Shown here one piece after another: positions 26,816-38,746 of a DNA stretch of 64,000 bases. Source of the stretch: Microthyrium microscopicum (Eukaryota); contig MU004234.1 of NCBI GenBank assembly GCA_010405405.1, positions 416,993-480,992 of the forward strand. Reading direction: 5' to 3'. Numbering within the stretch: position 1 is the stretch's first letter; each line of letters starts with the position of its first letter. The notes under the pieces were generated by a model, which made no database searches, was not told the DNA's origin, and was given only the letters and a program-made list of their open reading frames with translations. The position numbers and the translations under genes were made by a program.

Positions 26816-27025
26816 ATGTGTGAGGTCCATTATTACGTCTACCGTTGGTGCCGCCATCCGCATGATTACATCGGTATTCCACTTGATATAGACAATCATT
26901 CGCATAGCTGGGCAAGGTGTACAAAAGCGCTTGCCACACAACTTTTGTGTGAGCAAGTCAACCCATTTGACGAACAATATTGGCTGGACGGGTATTGTCC
27001 ATACTGTACTCAGATGAAGGCTTGA
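26816..27025 (+). CDS. Small Cys/His-rich putative metal-binding protein, paralog 1 (69 aa)
   Basis: MC-x9-CRH...C-x9-C-x15-CPYC. TATAAAA at 26691 and start context TCAAC-ATG. The motif is shared with two neighbouring ORFs. Confidence 0.75.
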   Translation: MCEVHYYVYRWCRHPHDYIGIPLDIDNHSHSWARCTKALATQLLCEQVNPFDEQYWLDGYCPYCTQMKA

Positions 27026-27847
27026 TGCGATTATTTCTTCGTGGGTTGAAGCAGGATTTATCTGTAGTCGTTTTCATATGGAACAGTACTTCTCTTGCGA
27101 GACTATTTGATTCATCTAGATTCTAACAACTTCTTGCGTTGTTTATGGGCTTTTATAGTTGGCAAGTAGATGTCTGCCAACTGGAGAAGTTAAGGTGTTG
27201 TATACCTACCTAGTCATAATTGCAAATAGCTTATGTAGTATCATTTAAGCAGCTATATATCTGGGTATAAAGAAGTTCTTAATGCTATTTCCACATAAGA
27301 ACGATGGTCTCGATGCTACCAAACCTTTTGCTATATCATGAAATACATAGCTACCTAGTTAAAAAGAAAGACCTTTCTAAAATGGTGTTAATCTTCCTAT
27401 TCAATAAGATAAGTTTAGTTACATGTAGCTTAGTTTGACCTGGATTTTGCGACTAGGACAGTTGCTTACAACTACTAGATAGCCCAAATACTACTCCATA
27501 TTGATCATAGCAATGTACTTCTATGCATCTAAGTGTTTGGTAGTTCGAGATTCACTCTCTGGTAGTGGCTGCGTCTTCTTGTCACTACTGAGAAGTGTAT
27601 GTTAGTAGGTATCAGCACTCGCGCTTTAGACACTTTGAGGCTGCTTTGACGATGTTACGTTGAACACTCACCTTAGTAGACAGGTTAATGGCAGAAGAAG
27701 AGCAGGTATTAAGAAGTTGGATTTATGCCAGAACAGTAATCCAAATATGAACCACATCCCAGCAATCGTACAAGCCAATCAACTGTGATACATATCTATT
27801 CTCAGTATTAGACCGTCCTCTACACAATACAGTACTTACTTTTCAAG

Positions 27848-28048
27848 ATGTGTGTCGTCGCTGGAGCAGTCCATAGACAGTGTGGACACGCAGTAAGGCC
27901 AGTCTATTACAGCGAAGTCTGCCCATTAGCATCTCATAAAGAAGAGAAATGTGCAAAGCCAAAGCCGAAGATTTCGAACATGTGGGTCGATGGGCCATGT
28001 CCTGCTTGCCAGGTTAGTGTCACTAAGGTTGAAGGAACAGGAAATTAG
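27848..28048 (+). CDS. Small Cys/His-rich putative metal-binding protein, paralog 2 (66 aa)
   Basis: MC-x9-CGH...C-x9-C-x15-CPAC. TATTAA at 27707 and start context TCAAG-ATG. Confidence 0.75.
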   Translation: MCVVAGAVHRQCGHAVRPVYYSEVCPLASHKEEKCAKPKPKISNMWVDGPCPACQVSVTKVEGTGN

Positions 28049-28339
28049 TTATTGAAGCATCAGGCACGTAAATAGCTAAATGTTAAATTTTAAAGTACAT
28101 CTATAATCTACAAATACGAATGTCTCCCAGTGAAAATTTTAAATATGTATACTTGCCATGGCTTTAACCAGATTGCATAAAGTTAATGGCTAATGAACGT
28201 TTACAAAAAAGGGCGTCCTCATGGCATCAAGATGTACGGGTTTTACACATTCAACAAATCATCTCGCAATATCAGATTATCTTACTTGATCCAGCTGCCA
28301 GGTTTTCTTAACCACCTTACATAATCTTAATTCGTGATC

Positions 28340-28573
28340 ATGTGCATCACAAGTAGCCAAGTTTATCGCGACTGTGGACATCTGGCACCGGGTATGCCTG
28401 GCCATCCGGCACCGCAGGTATCTCCATGCCCTATTGCGAAGGAAACTGGCCAAATATGCCAGACGACATCAGAATGTCCATGGATGGTAGATGGAATATG
28501 TACTACTTGTAGAATGCGTATAAATGAGGAGTTCATCATCAAGTGGATGCCTGGGCCGCCACCCTATAGATAG
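28340..28573 (+). CDS. Small Cys/His-rich putative metal-binding protein, paralog 3 (77 aa)
   Basis: MC-x9-CGH...C-x9-C-x13-CTTC. ATG at 28340 has A at position -3. Confidence 0.75.
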   Translation: MCITSSQVYRDCGHLAPGMPGHPAPQVSPCPIAKETGQICQTTSECPWMVDGICTTCRMRINEEFIIKWMPGPPPYR

Positions 28574-28915
28574 AAAGCAGTGGAACAGCAGAATGAAGAC
28601 AACTCGGGCGCAAGAGCATGAGCTGTGGAAATGAGTGATTCAATGAATGAAGGGTTAGACAGAGACCAGTGATATAGTGAAGCTTAGTGTCAGCAACTAA
28701 TAAAACCATTTTTCTGAAGTGAGGAGTGTGAACTTTTAGAGCAGTGACTAAATGGCTTGAGCTGGTGGCCAACTACAGGAAGACCATTCGCAATTCATTT
28801 CTATTTACTCTGTGAGCGATTTAAGATACAAAACATACAAAGTGGGATGTGAGATTGATCACTTCGACGATAACAAGCCCCTGTGTGGAACTAAACTAAG
28901 TGAACCTGCGTACTA

Positions 28916-29118
28916 TCCCCTTGGCTGATGAAATTCGATCCTCCTTGCCTTGTGGCCTGATGCTGCCTAATACTGCCTAATACACCTCAAAAGTCACGGG
29001 AAGCCCTTTATTGCCGCGCGCCTAAAAGCTTGCTCGTGACTTTTGAGGCTGATTAGGCTAGATTAGGCCCAAGTGAGGCTGTCAGGCAAGGAGGATCGAA
29101 TTTCATCAGCCGAGGGGA
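28916..29118. mobile_element. Fold-back MITE-like element (Tc1/mariner-type, TA-flanked)
   Basis: 35-bp terminal inverted repeat TCCCCT[T/C]GGCTGATGAAATTCGATCCTCCTTGCCT with one mismatch, an inner inverted arm CCTCAAAAGTCACG/CGTGACTTTTGAGG, TA on both flanks and no ORF. Confidence 0.8.
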
Positions 29119-29256
29119 TAGAGATATCATCCGCCTAATGATACAGCTTGGATATCTGGCGTGTAGGAATCAAATATGTCAATCTCGAATGGTAATCATA
29201 TTAGAACTGTCTACTAAAATCCTGCATATCGTCATGAGTTTCTCGTCAGAGACCAT

Positions 29257-29631
29257 CTATTTCCATTGTCCAGCATCTCTTGAGCCCTTCGCAATACGAG
29301 CACCGCCATCTTGAACACCGTCGCCTACGGACTCAAGAGCATTGCCAACAGGCTGACCAACACCGCCCGTCACGCCAGTGACCGTCTCACCGAGACCGCG
29401 GCCTACAGCGCCTATCACAACGTCAGAATATAATGTAAAGGAACAGTAGTAGGGCCACATACCGACTACACCTCCAACAGTATTCGAGAGACCCGAGACG
29501 GTGTTTCCGACGGCAGTGGTAACGCCTTTGGCAACGCCCTAAAGTATGGTTAGCCTCAAAGCTAGGAGCTAGTGTTGAGTTAGGAGACGGTAACGTACAG
29601 TAGCTCCGGTGTCATTGTTGTTCAAAGTCAT
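29257..29631 (-). CDS. Small Gly/Val/Thr-rich hypothetical protein, 3 exons
   Basis: MTLNNNDTGAT|GVAKGVTTAVGNTVSGLSNTVGGVV|GAVGRGLGETV...DAGQWK*, with canonical introns in phase. Confidence 0.8.
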
Positions 29632-30931
29632 TTTTATGTGTGTATGATGTGGTTGTGGGTGAAAGATATGTTGTGTTTTGAGGAATGATGTTGTTTCGAT
29701 TGAACTTATAATCTTCAAGACATTTGCACTTGCTTTTATGCTCGGGAGTGTACAGACAAGGCTGAACTGACGTCATTTTCATCCTCAGCCTTGTTGCTTG
29801 TTTGCAGCTGACATGCGTGGACACTGATGACTGGCTACATGGTACAAGGTCAAAGATAGTACCTGGTTGGTCAGTATCAAGGTCAGATCGAGAATGCTTT
29901 GAGGTGGATCAGATCTAAGATGCTAACTAGGTATGTCAACGGGTATGTTTTAACTTCGATGCGTAACCGATCCAGATCTTATATGCAGTCCCTCTGATGA
30001 ATATCGTCTTTTGATAGTATCCATATGATATGGCTTCATACAATAGTAAGTATGTAGGTTCGCTATCAGTGAATAGCAACATCATACGAACCAAACAACC
30101 GGGTTTTTGCCACAACCCTGTTTCATATAGATGAACGTCTGCCTGCGGCATCGAAATCCAAGAAGCCGCGGCCACGAATCCCTCAACCACTTTGGGCCCT
30201 GAGCTTGACCAATCCGATAACGGAAAAACTTTGATTCTCCAGAAATATCTACATATAGGTACTGAGGATGCGCAGCCAGGTACACGAAATGAACCGGGGA
30301 ACCGAAGAACTCGATACGAACAAGTGTATATCCAATTAAGGGAAACCAAGCTTTGCCAACTGACATCTTTGATAGTTGAGCAATAACAAAACCGAAGAAA
30401 GCTACCAAGAGTTCTAATTCGGTAGTGATATGATCGTCGAAAACGAGGTTCTCGCCCCATCATCACCTATACAGATTCCAAATATGCATGTTCGACGGCA
30501 AAAACCCTGGCTGCCCCAAGCCTTCGTTTCGCCAGAATAGTGCTTCCAGGGTCAATATGGAACCGGACATATAGCACGACTAAATTACATTAACATTGCG
30601 GGCTAAGTGGTCATAAACCCCACCAGTCACGACAAGTCCTCTCACCAACCGTGTGTGGAGATGTGCGCCTGGATATGAGTATTGCTCTCCACGTCTTCCC
30701 CTATTCTCCGTCGACCGCCCAAGCTCGGGTCTCTTGCGCACGCATAGAGACTTGCCGATTTTCCCTTCTTCGAGATAGTCCGACTTTATAAAACCCCACA
30801 AATGGATGGCCTAGGAACGATCGGCGCATTTTGATACGAAGCTGTCTTGTTGACTGGATAATGCGGCCTCGCGGGTGTGATTCTTCTTGTACCAGGACTC
30901 TGCTGTTTGCGCGGCCTACCTTTGCAGAGGC

Positions 30932-33134
30932 ATGGCGTGGGTCAGTCTGCTTCTGGGATTGATCGTCTTGAAGGGCCAGGTCTCTGCGCAGGATCGTCGG
31001 TGTTGGAGAGATACCAAGTGTACGGGTCCTGCTGCGCGTTCCTTTGAGGGTCCTTGGAGCTCGAATATCTATGCGCCAAAGTCAAGAACTGTTCCGCCGC
31101 AACGCGTTCTGGATACAAAGGGGAAGGTGGTGTCTTCGAGCTTTTCGAGTAGCGCGGCAAGTTTGAAAGGCAATGGAAGTACAATCGTTCTGGACTATGG
31201 GATCGAGGTTGGGGGAATTGTGCAGTTGGAGTTTACAGCTAGTGGCAATACTTCGATAGGACTGGCCTTTTCCGAATCAAGAAACTGGATTGGTCAATGG
31301 TCTGATTCTTCCAATGGGCGTTTCAGAGGACCCGATGGCGCTATATATGCGGATGTTACTGGCGCGAGTACGAAGTGGACCATGCCTGATAAGTCCCATC
31401 GTGGCGGATTTCGATACTTGACGCTGTTTCTGAAAGACCCTGATAACAACAATACGAGTGTGAAGTTCTCTGCCGTGAACGTTGAGATTGGATTTCAACC
31501 AACCTGGTCGGACCTTACGGCATATCAAGGGTATTTCCATTCCAGCGATGACCAGTTGAACAAGATCTGGTATGCCGGAGCGTACACGCTCCAGACGAAC
31601 TGTGTCCCTACAAAAACTGGACGATATGTGCCCATGCTGGCGAGGGGATGGGCGAATAATGCGACTCTCGGACCTGGAGATACAATAATTGTCGACGGAG
31701 CGAAGCGAGATCGAGCAGTGTGGCCTGGCGATATGGGGATAGCAGTCCCTTCCAGTTTCTTCAGCACTGGAGATTTAGACAGTGTTAAGAATGCTTTGCA
31801 AGTAATGTTTGATACCCAAGTAAGTTCGATTCTATCCTTTCTCGTCTCAGCTGCTAACATATCAAAGATGAAAGACGGCGCTCTTTACGAGGCAGGACCT
31901 CCATTATTGCAGAAAAACAGCGATAGTATGTTTCCCCAAGCTGAGTGTCGATCGCCATACTGACTGAGTTCCAGCTTACCATATGTGGACCCTAATCGGT
32001 ACTTATAACTACATTCTTTATTCCGACGATCAAGACTTCCTAGACAAGAACTGGGTGAAATACCAGGCCGCCATGGACTACATTACCAAAAAGATCAATT
32101 CCAAAGGCCTTCTTGATGTTACGGGCAAACGTGACTGGGCCCGCCTGAATCAAGGTGGCCAGAACAGTGAAGCATCCCTACTCATGTATCAGACTCTGCG
32201 CACCGCAGCTCGGCTGGCCTCATGGAAGGGTGGCATAGCGTCCAGCACGCGAACGAACTTTGCCTCGCGTGCCCAGACCGTAAACACCGCGGTGAATTCG
32301 CACTTGTACGATGCAAACGTCGGTGCAATCCGGGACTCTGTCGAACGCCCCGCTCTATATCCCCAGGATGCCAACTCGATGGCAGTGCTCTTCGGCGCAG
32401 TGCCAGCAGATCGCGCGCGTAACATCAGCCGTGCGTTGACAAAGAACTGGACACCTATCGGAGCAGAGACACCGGAGCTACCAGGTAATATCAGTCCTTT
32501 CATCTCGAGCTTCGAAGTGCAAGCGCACTTTACGCTAGGCGAGACAGCGCGGGCACTGGATCTGGTGCGGCGTACATGGGGCTGGTATCTGATGCACGAG
32601 GCTGGTACACAGAGCACGATGATTGAAGGATATCGAACAGATGGAAGCTTTGGATATCGAAGTGAGCGTGGATATTCGAACGACCCCAGCTATGTCAGCC
32701 ACGCACATGGCTGGTCAACCGGCCCCACAAGTGCTCTAACGAATTTCATAGCGGGCATCGATATCTCAGAACCTGCAGGACGACGATGGAGTGTGAGGCC
32801 GCAATTTGGGATCCTACAATTTGCAGAGGCAGGCTTTACAACCAAGTTGGGCCGATTTCGTACAAAATGGGAGAAAGTTGGTAAAGTGGGCGGTTACCAT
32901 ATCGCAATTGACACGCCTGCTGGAACAAAGGGTGTGGTGTTGTTGCCCAATATGTCTGGGAAGAATGTTGTGACTCTGGTCAATGGAACCGCAGCACAAG
33001 GAAAGCAACTCGACAATGGGCTTGAGGTTCAATTAGCAGGCGGCATCTGGAACATCACGGTGAGATCCACCGATGAGCCACCACCTGCGGATCCAGGATG
33101 GTTTGGCGGCCTATTCGGCAGTTCTCGTAAATAA
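30932..33134 (+). CDS. Secreted alpha-L-rhamnosidase, glycoside hydrolase family 78
   Basis: Signal peptide MAWVSLLLGLIVL, LDYGIEVGG, GGFRYLTLF, VDGAKRDRAVWPGD and SHAHGWSTGPT; 2 introns. Confidence 0.92.
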
Positions 33135-33305
33135 CTTTGATACTTAAACCTTTTAATAACAAATCTATAACTCATGAGCCACGAAAATCTCCGTGAGATT
33201 CGTTGTTGATAACTAAGGCTACTAGTAGATGTAGATGTTGATGATCAAGGGAGAGTGCCATAGATGAAGAGTGTAATAAGCACTTGATATCTATGGCTTT
33301 TGTAC

Positions 33306-35024
33306 TCATGCAATCTCTCCCTCGCTCTTTTCACCGTCGTCAATTCTGGACTTTTCCAACTGGGTTCTGAGACCGCTTCGATCTAGATTCATCGCCCGTT
33401 CAATCTCCATTTCTTCTTCGCGGAGTCGGCTCTTTCCAAAAGACTGGGCACGGTGCTGCTGCTTCTTGGTCTCTTGAACCTTTCGCTCTCTTTCCAGTAG
33501 TGCTTGCTCTCGACGTTGACGTTCTTTACGCTTCGCGGATAGCAAGGCTTCTTCCTTGGCACTCAAGGCATTTTCTGGGGGAGGTGGTCGTGTTTTGATC
33601 CAAGTCTCGATCAGAGGATCCCGCGTCGAGGGTGCGACTGAGATAAACCTTAAATCGGTTGTGAGAAATGAGGGGAGCTCGTCTATTGAGGTATTTCGAT
33701 TAATAGCCGAGATTGGAAAGGTCTTGAGAAAGGATGAAAGATCAGTTGTCAGAGTTCTGCTGGGCAGTTGAAGTCGTTTGACATATTCGCGATAGAGTTT
33801 TTCGCGATCTTTTTCTGGAAGTTTACTGTCTTTCATGACAGATTCTTTTCGATATTTCCGTTTGAACTCTGGCCAGTAAAGCTTGGTTGAAGCATGATCC
33901 TGTAGGAAAGCCAGGTAAGGAAACTTGGGGTCCTTTTTCGCTTCCTTTTCTCTAGCTTCTTTTCGCTCTTGAATCTTGTTTCGTGACCATTCGTCCCAAG
34001 CTTCTCGTCTAGACTTCATGTTCGGCAGTGCAGTATATCTCGAATCCTCGATGACGGCGCCCTCCTCTATGATCTTGTCCCAAGTCTTGAACGGATTTAT
34101 CCTGAAGTCTTCCAAAAGGTCGAAAAAGAGGGTTTTCGAGTCTTCTTCAGACAAGGGATCGATGTCATCGCCTTCCTCGAGCTCGTTTTCGAAATCGTAG
34201 TCATCCATTCCATCAAGCTCAGCTGCGAGATCATCCTCGTTAAACTCTATCGGTCCTTCCGGTTGGATTTCTTCCACTCTTGCTCGTTTTGCAGGGCCTT
34301 CGGCATTATCCTCATCCTCATCGTCCGTTACTTCGGTGTACTCGCTTGAGTTGCCATCTTCCTCCTCATTGGCTGCATCCTCAAGCTCCTTTCTCTGGGC
34401 TTCCTCTTCTTCATCGTCCCTTTCTTCCTCACTTGCTTCACCGCGCTCCTTCCGCTCTTTGCGTTCTCTTTCTATGCGATCAAACTCTATCACGCCTTTC
34501 AAGACATCTTCCGGAAACCGCCAAAGACTCTCGCCTGTTTCTGTGTTATGTACAAATCGTCTTTTCAGTTTCGTCACAATCAGGATCCAGGGTTTGTAGC
34601 CTGGAATATCATGTCTGTGCTTCGGGCGATCTTGTGGCTCGGGGCGTCGTTGATGGTGCTGGCCACCGCGTCCACCTCTTGAACCTCCACTACCGCCTCT
34701 TGAACCTCCAAAGTCTTGGCCGAAATTTGATTGCGCGAAGCCAGCGGCAAATTGACCAGAGCCGTAACTGGGTATAGGGATTGGGGCGACTAAACGAGGT
34801 GCTTCTGCGACGGGTTTCGTATATGTGGACTTTTTGGTTTCGGCGTGATAGTAGTAGGTGTGGCCTATCTGATGTTAGGTACTATCACCAATGCTCATCT
34901 ACATAACGGAGAACTTACCACTCGGAGCTTTGTGTTCAGTCCAGCCAGGCAGTAGATCGGAGGTGGACTGGGGCGCTGAGCCTTGCGCACCAGGCTTTTG
35001 GGCGTTATGCGTTGACTTGAGCAT
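33306..35024 (-). CDS. WW- and FF-domain protein (TCERG1/Urn1-like splicing-associated factor)
   Basis: Spliced WW domain (LPGWTEHKAPS|GHTYYYHAETKKSTYTKP), a second WW-like segment (FVHNTETGESLWRFP) and FF repeats (FFDLLEDFRINPFKTWD...DSRY). Confidence 0.85.
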
Positions 35025-35293
35025 TGCTATCTCGGACGAAGAGAAAAGCGATGATCACAAGCAAGTTGGCGCAGAGTCGAGAAGATGCGAACGTAAATTT
35101 TTGGACAGGGTTGAAGGATTGAAGTTGAAAGCAAAGTCTTGGCGAGGCTGGCTTTTTGAACGCGCACGACGAAGCTTGCCTGCTCTCAGTGCCTGTGCAC
35201 CACAATCCCGCCTTCACCATCTCAACAATTCCCCATCCCTCTTCTGGTTGTTTCTACTTCTTCACTCATCAAGTAGACCTCCAGTAACTTACC

Positions 35294-36217
35294 ATGTCTC
35301 GACGATACGATTCGAGAGTTAGTAACCGCCTGAATTGGTTACCCCACCATAGCGCTAACCAAGTCAACAGACAACCATCTTCTCCCCCGAAGGCCGCCTA
35401 TACCAGGTCGAATACGCACTCGAAGCTATCTCGCACGCTGGAACCGCACTCGGAATCTTAGCCCAAGATGGAATTGTCCTTGCCGCCGAGCGAAAAGTTA
35501 CCAGCAAGCTCCTAGAACAAGATACTTCAGCCGAAAAGCTCTATATCCTCAATGAGTACGGAAACAGTCCCATCTCCTCTCATGCATTGCAACGCATAGC
35601 TAACAATAACCAGCAACATGATTACTGCTGTCGCCGGTATGACAGCAGATGCCAATATCCTCATCAACTACGCCCGCGACGCCGCCCAACGTTACCTCCT
35701 GACCTACAACACGGACATTCCCTGTGAGCAGCTCGTACGCCGTCTCTGTGATCTGAAGCAAGGGTATACGCAAAAGGGTGGTCTACGACCCTTCGGTGTA
35801 TCGTTCATCTATGCTGGATGGGATCCCCAGCTCGAGTTCCAGCTATACCAGAGCAACCCGTCAGGAAACTACGGTGGATGGAAAGCGACAAGTGTGGGCG
35901 CAAACAATGCGAGTGCGCAGAGTCTGTTGAAGCAGGACTACAAGGAAGAGTGCAACCTGAAGGAAGCGTGTGAACTGGCCGTCAAGGTGTTGAGCAAGAC
36001 GATGGACTCAACCAAGTTGAGCAGCGAGAAGAGTATGTGTTCCTACCATGAATCGTGGTTTTATTCAGCTAAAAATGTTCTAGTCGAATTTGCGACCGTC
36101 GGCAAGACAAAGGCCGGAAAGATCTATCATCATCTCTGGGGCGCTGAGGAAATTGATGCGCTCTTGAAAGAGCATGGCCTAGCCAAGGCCGAAGACGATG
36201 AGAATGGTGATTCATGA
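35294..36217 (+). CDS. PRE9: 20S proteasome subunit alpha type-3
   Basis: [32 protein letters not shown]..., [16 protein letters not shown] and [11 protein letters not shown]; 3 introns. Confidence 0.96.
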
Positions 36218-36503
36218 GCTAGGAATGTCCAATAGACTCAGCGTAATATCCTGTTATCAAGACCCTTGATCGTTGACTGGCTCCTATTGACATCCAAATC
36301 AAAGCTTGAAAACTATCATCCGATATGCCCTCCACGAGTCGACGCCCTGCAGTTAATGCACTTTGTTGGCTTGGCTTGCTTGGCTTTGCTGATTAACACT
36401 TTATCATGTAGATGTAAATGAATTCGACGAAGGATTCTAATTGTTAAAAGAGGGGTCATCGCTTGATAGTTTTGATGAAAACTCATTGCTGAAGAATTCC
36501 AAA

Positions 36504-37788
36504 ATGTCGAAGAATAGTGCAAAAGTTTTCATAACAGGAGGTAGTGGATTTGTGGCTTCCACTATTATAGACGACTTAATCAAGGTAGTAAATGCTCTTA
36601 CTTTCATCATACACTAACAGTGAATTTTATAGGAAGGCTACAAAGTAACAGCCAGCGTGAGATCTCCTCAGCGCGCCAAAGAGATCATCGATACCCATCC
36701 GTCCTGGGAGAGCAGCTTAGATTTTGCGTACGTTGCGGACATTGTTGAACCTGGAGCTTTTGACGAAGCTTTCAAGAATGAGAAAGATGGCTTTGACTAT
36801 GTGATGCATACTGCATCGCCTGTGACCTTCGTGGTGGACGATATTCAGAAATTTCTGATCGATCCCGCCGTTCAAGGGTAAGCTCAGGAAGTTGGATTTC
36901 AAGAACTCTCTCTGATGAAACTGCTACAGAACATTGGGAGTCATGAAATCTGCCCATGAACTCGGAGGCTCTAAACTGAAGCGCTTCGTCCTCTTGAGCA
37001 GTGGAGTCGCAGCCTTGGATTCTTTCGAAGATACAAGTAAAGCAGGAAAGGACTACACAGAGGCTAATTGGAATCCGGTACAACTCCGAAGTATCGTAAA
37101 GAATACAATGCAGGTTCTAATATTGTGCTATAGGTCACAGCTGAATATGCAATTGAGAACAACGACACGGTCTCTGGCTACAATGCATCAAAGAAGCTAG
37201 CCGAAGAAGCTGCCTGGAAATTCATGGAAGAAAACAAGCCAGCATTCGATCTCACAGTTCTCAATCCACAAATCATCATCGGACCAATGCTTCAACCCGT
37301 CTCAAAGCCAGAATCATTCAACGAAACCAACATCTTTGCTGTCTACAATTTCCTCAACGGAGCATATAAGAAAGTCGAGGATCTCAAATTCCCGTTCTAC
37401 CACTTCGTAAGCCCTCCCATCACCTAGTTTCTTAAATGAACACTAACGAACCTTGAAATAGATTGATGTTCGCGACGTTTCTCGAGCTCATGTTTTGGCC
37501 TTGACAAATCCTGCCGCATCCAACAAACGCATCATCATAGTTAGTGGATTGATCACGCCACAGCTCATTGTCAACATCATTGGCAAGAACTTTCCGCAGC
37601 TCAAGTCTAGATTGCCGGAAGGAGGAGATCCAAATAAGATTTTGCCGGAAGGAACTGTACCGACTGGTTGGGATACATCTCGAAGCTTCCAAATTTTCGG
37701 TGAGAGCTGGAAGTATAAAGAGCTTGAGGAGAGCTTGGTGGATACTGTCAATGCGATATTGGAGTTCGAGAAGAAGTGGGATGTCTAG
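36504..37788 (+). CDS. NAD(P)-dependent epimerase/dehydratase family, Gre2/aldehyde reductase II-like
   Basis: VFITGGSGFVAS, VMHTASP, catalytic YNASK and IDVRDVSRAHV; 4 introns. Confidence 0.9.
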
Positions 37789-38746
37789 GAGAGTGGTATG
37801 GATGAACTGAAGGTCTGACTGTCAAATGCTATGGATCTTGCTCCTTGTGTGCCTACTCATTTCATCGACATGGGTAAAGCGTAAAGTTTTCATAATCTGC
37901 TCTAGTCTTCAAGTCCTCGGTATTCCAATCGCCGTTGAGTCAATTTAGCTGGTCTACTGTTTGTCAACAGCACCGAATAGTCGAGTTCCTGTAGCATGTC
38001 CTATTTCAAACTCCGACGCAAGATCAATCCAATCACCCCAAAGCTTTCCCAGACTAACACAAGTAATACCATCAACAAGCGATGTCGCAACCTGTAGATT
38101 TTCCGAAGGACCTGAATCAACACACCTATTCTCTCGGAAGTGATAAGTACTAGTTTTGGCCCTTTCACAATCCAACAGTCCAAGCCAAAAGAGCACATAT
38201 CATCCAAGTGTAAAAACATCCACCGCCTCGCAAGTTCTCCGTGGCCACAACTTCCCCTAATATCAACATAGATTACCCATAATTACCTCGCTATATCCGT
38301 AAAAGTACCAGGAACATCCCAAGAGCGACGTCATAAAGTTAAATCCTAGAGGCACTATCGGCGCGTTTAAAGGCACATGTCATAAATGGAGATTTTATGA
38401 TTCAGAAGAAGTTATATTTTACTATACTTTTTACGCATTGAAAGAGCGCTTCAAAATGGATGGCGGACTAGCAAGCTATGCACATTGGGAACGATTTCCC
38501 ACATCAAAGACGATCTTAAATATAAGCCGTTTTGAATATTGACCTTTTTGTTCCTGCGGTCATGAGTGAATCAGAAATGACCGAATCATGTTTTTTGAAT
38601 ATCAGTTGTAAGGACAGACTAGTGGTGGATTTCTTTTCCAGAGTATACTTCAGACCAGTGAGCGCCTATGCTATTGTGCAAACAATGTGATTGAAAGGAG
38701 TGATCATTTGGTGCTTTGGTGAAGATTTTGGTGGTTTGGCGTGGTG

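Noticed and set aside
26816..28573. Micro-ORFs as secreted Cys-rich effectors, pheromone precursors or classical metallothioneins
   Set aside because: No signal peptides, no CaaX or KR-delimited repeats, and Cys content and spacing unlike metallothioneins.
29936..30801. ORFs of 64-176 aa between the Gly-rich gene and GH78
   Set aside because: Overlapping on both strands, mostly non-ATG starts and no recognisable motifs.
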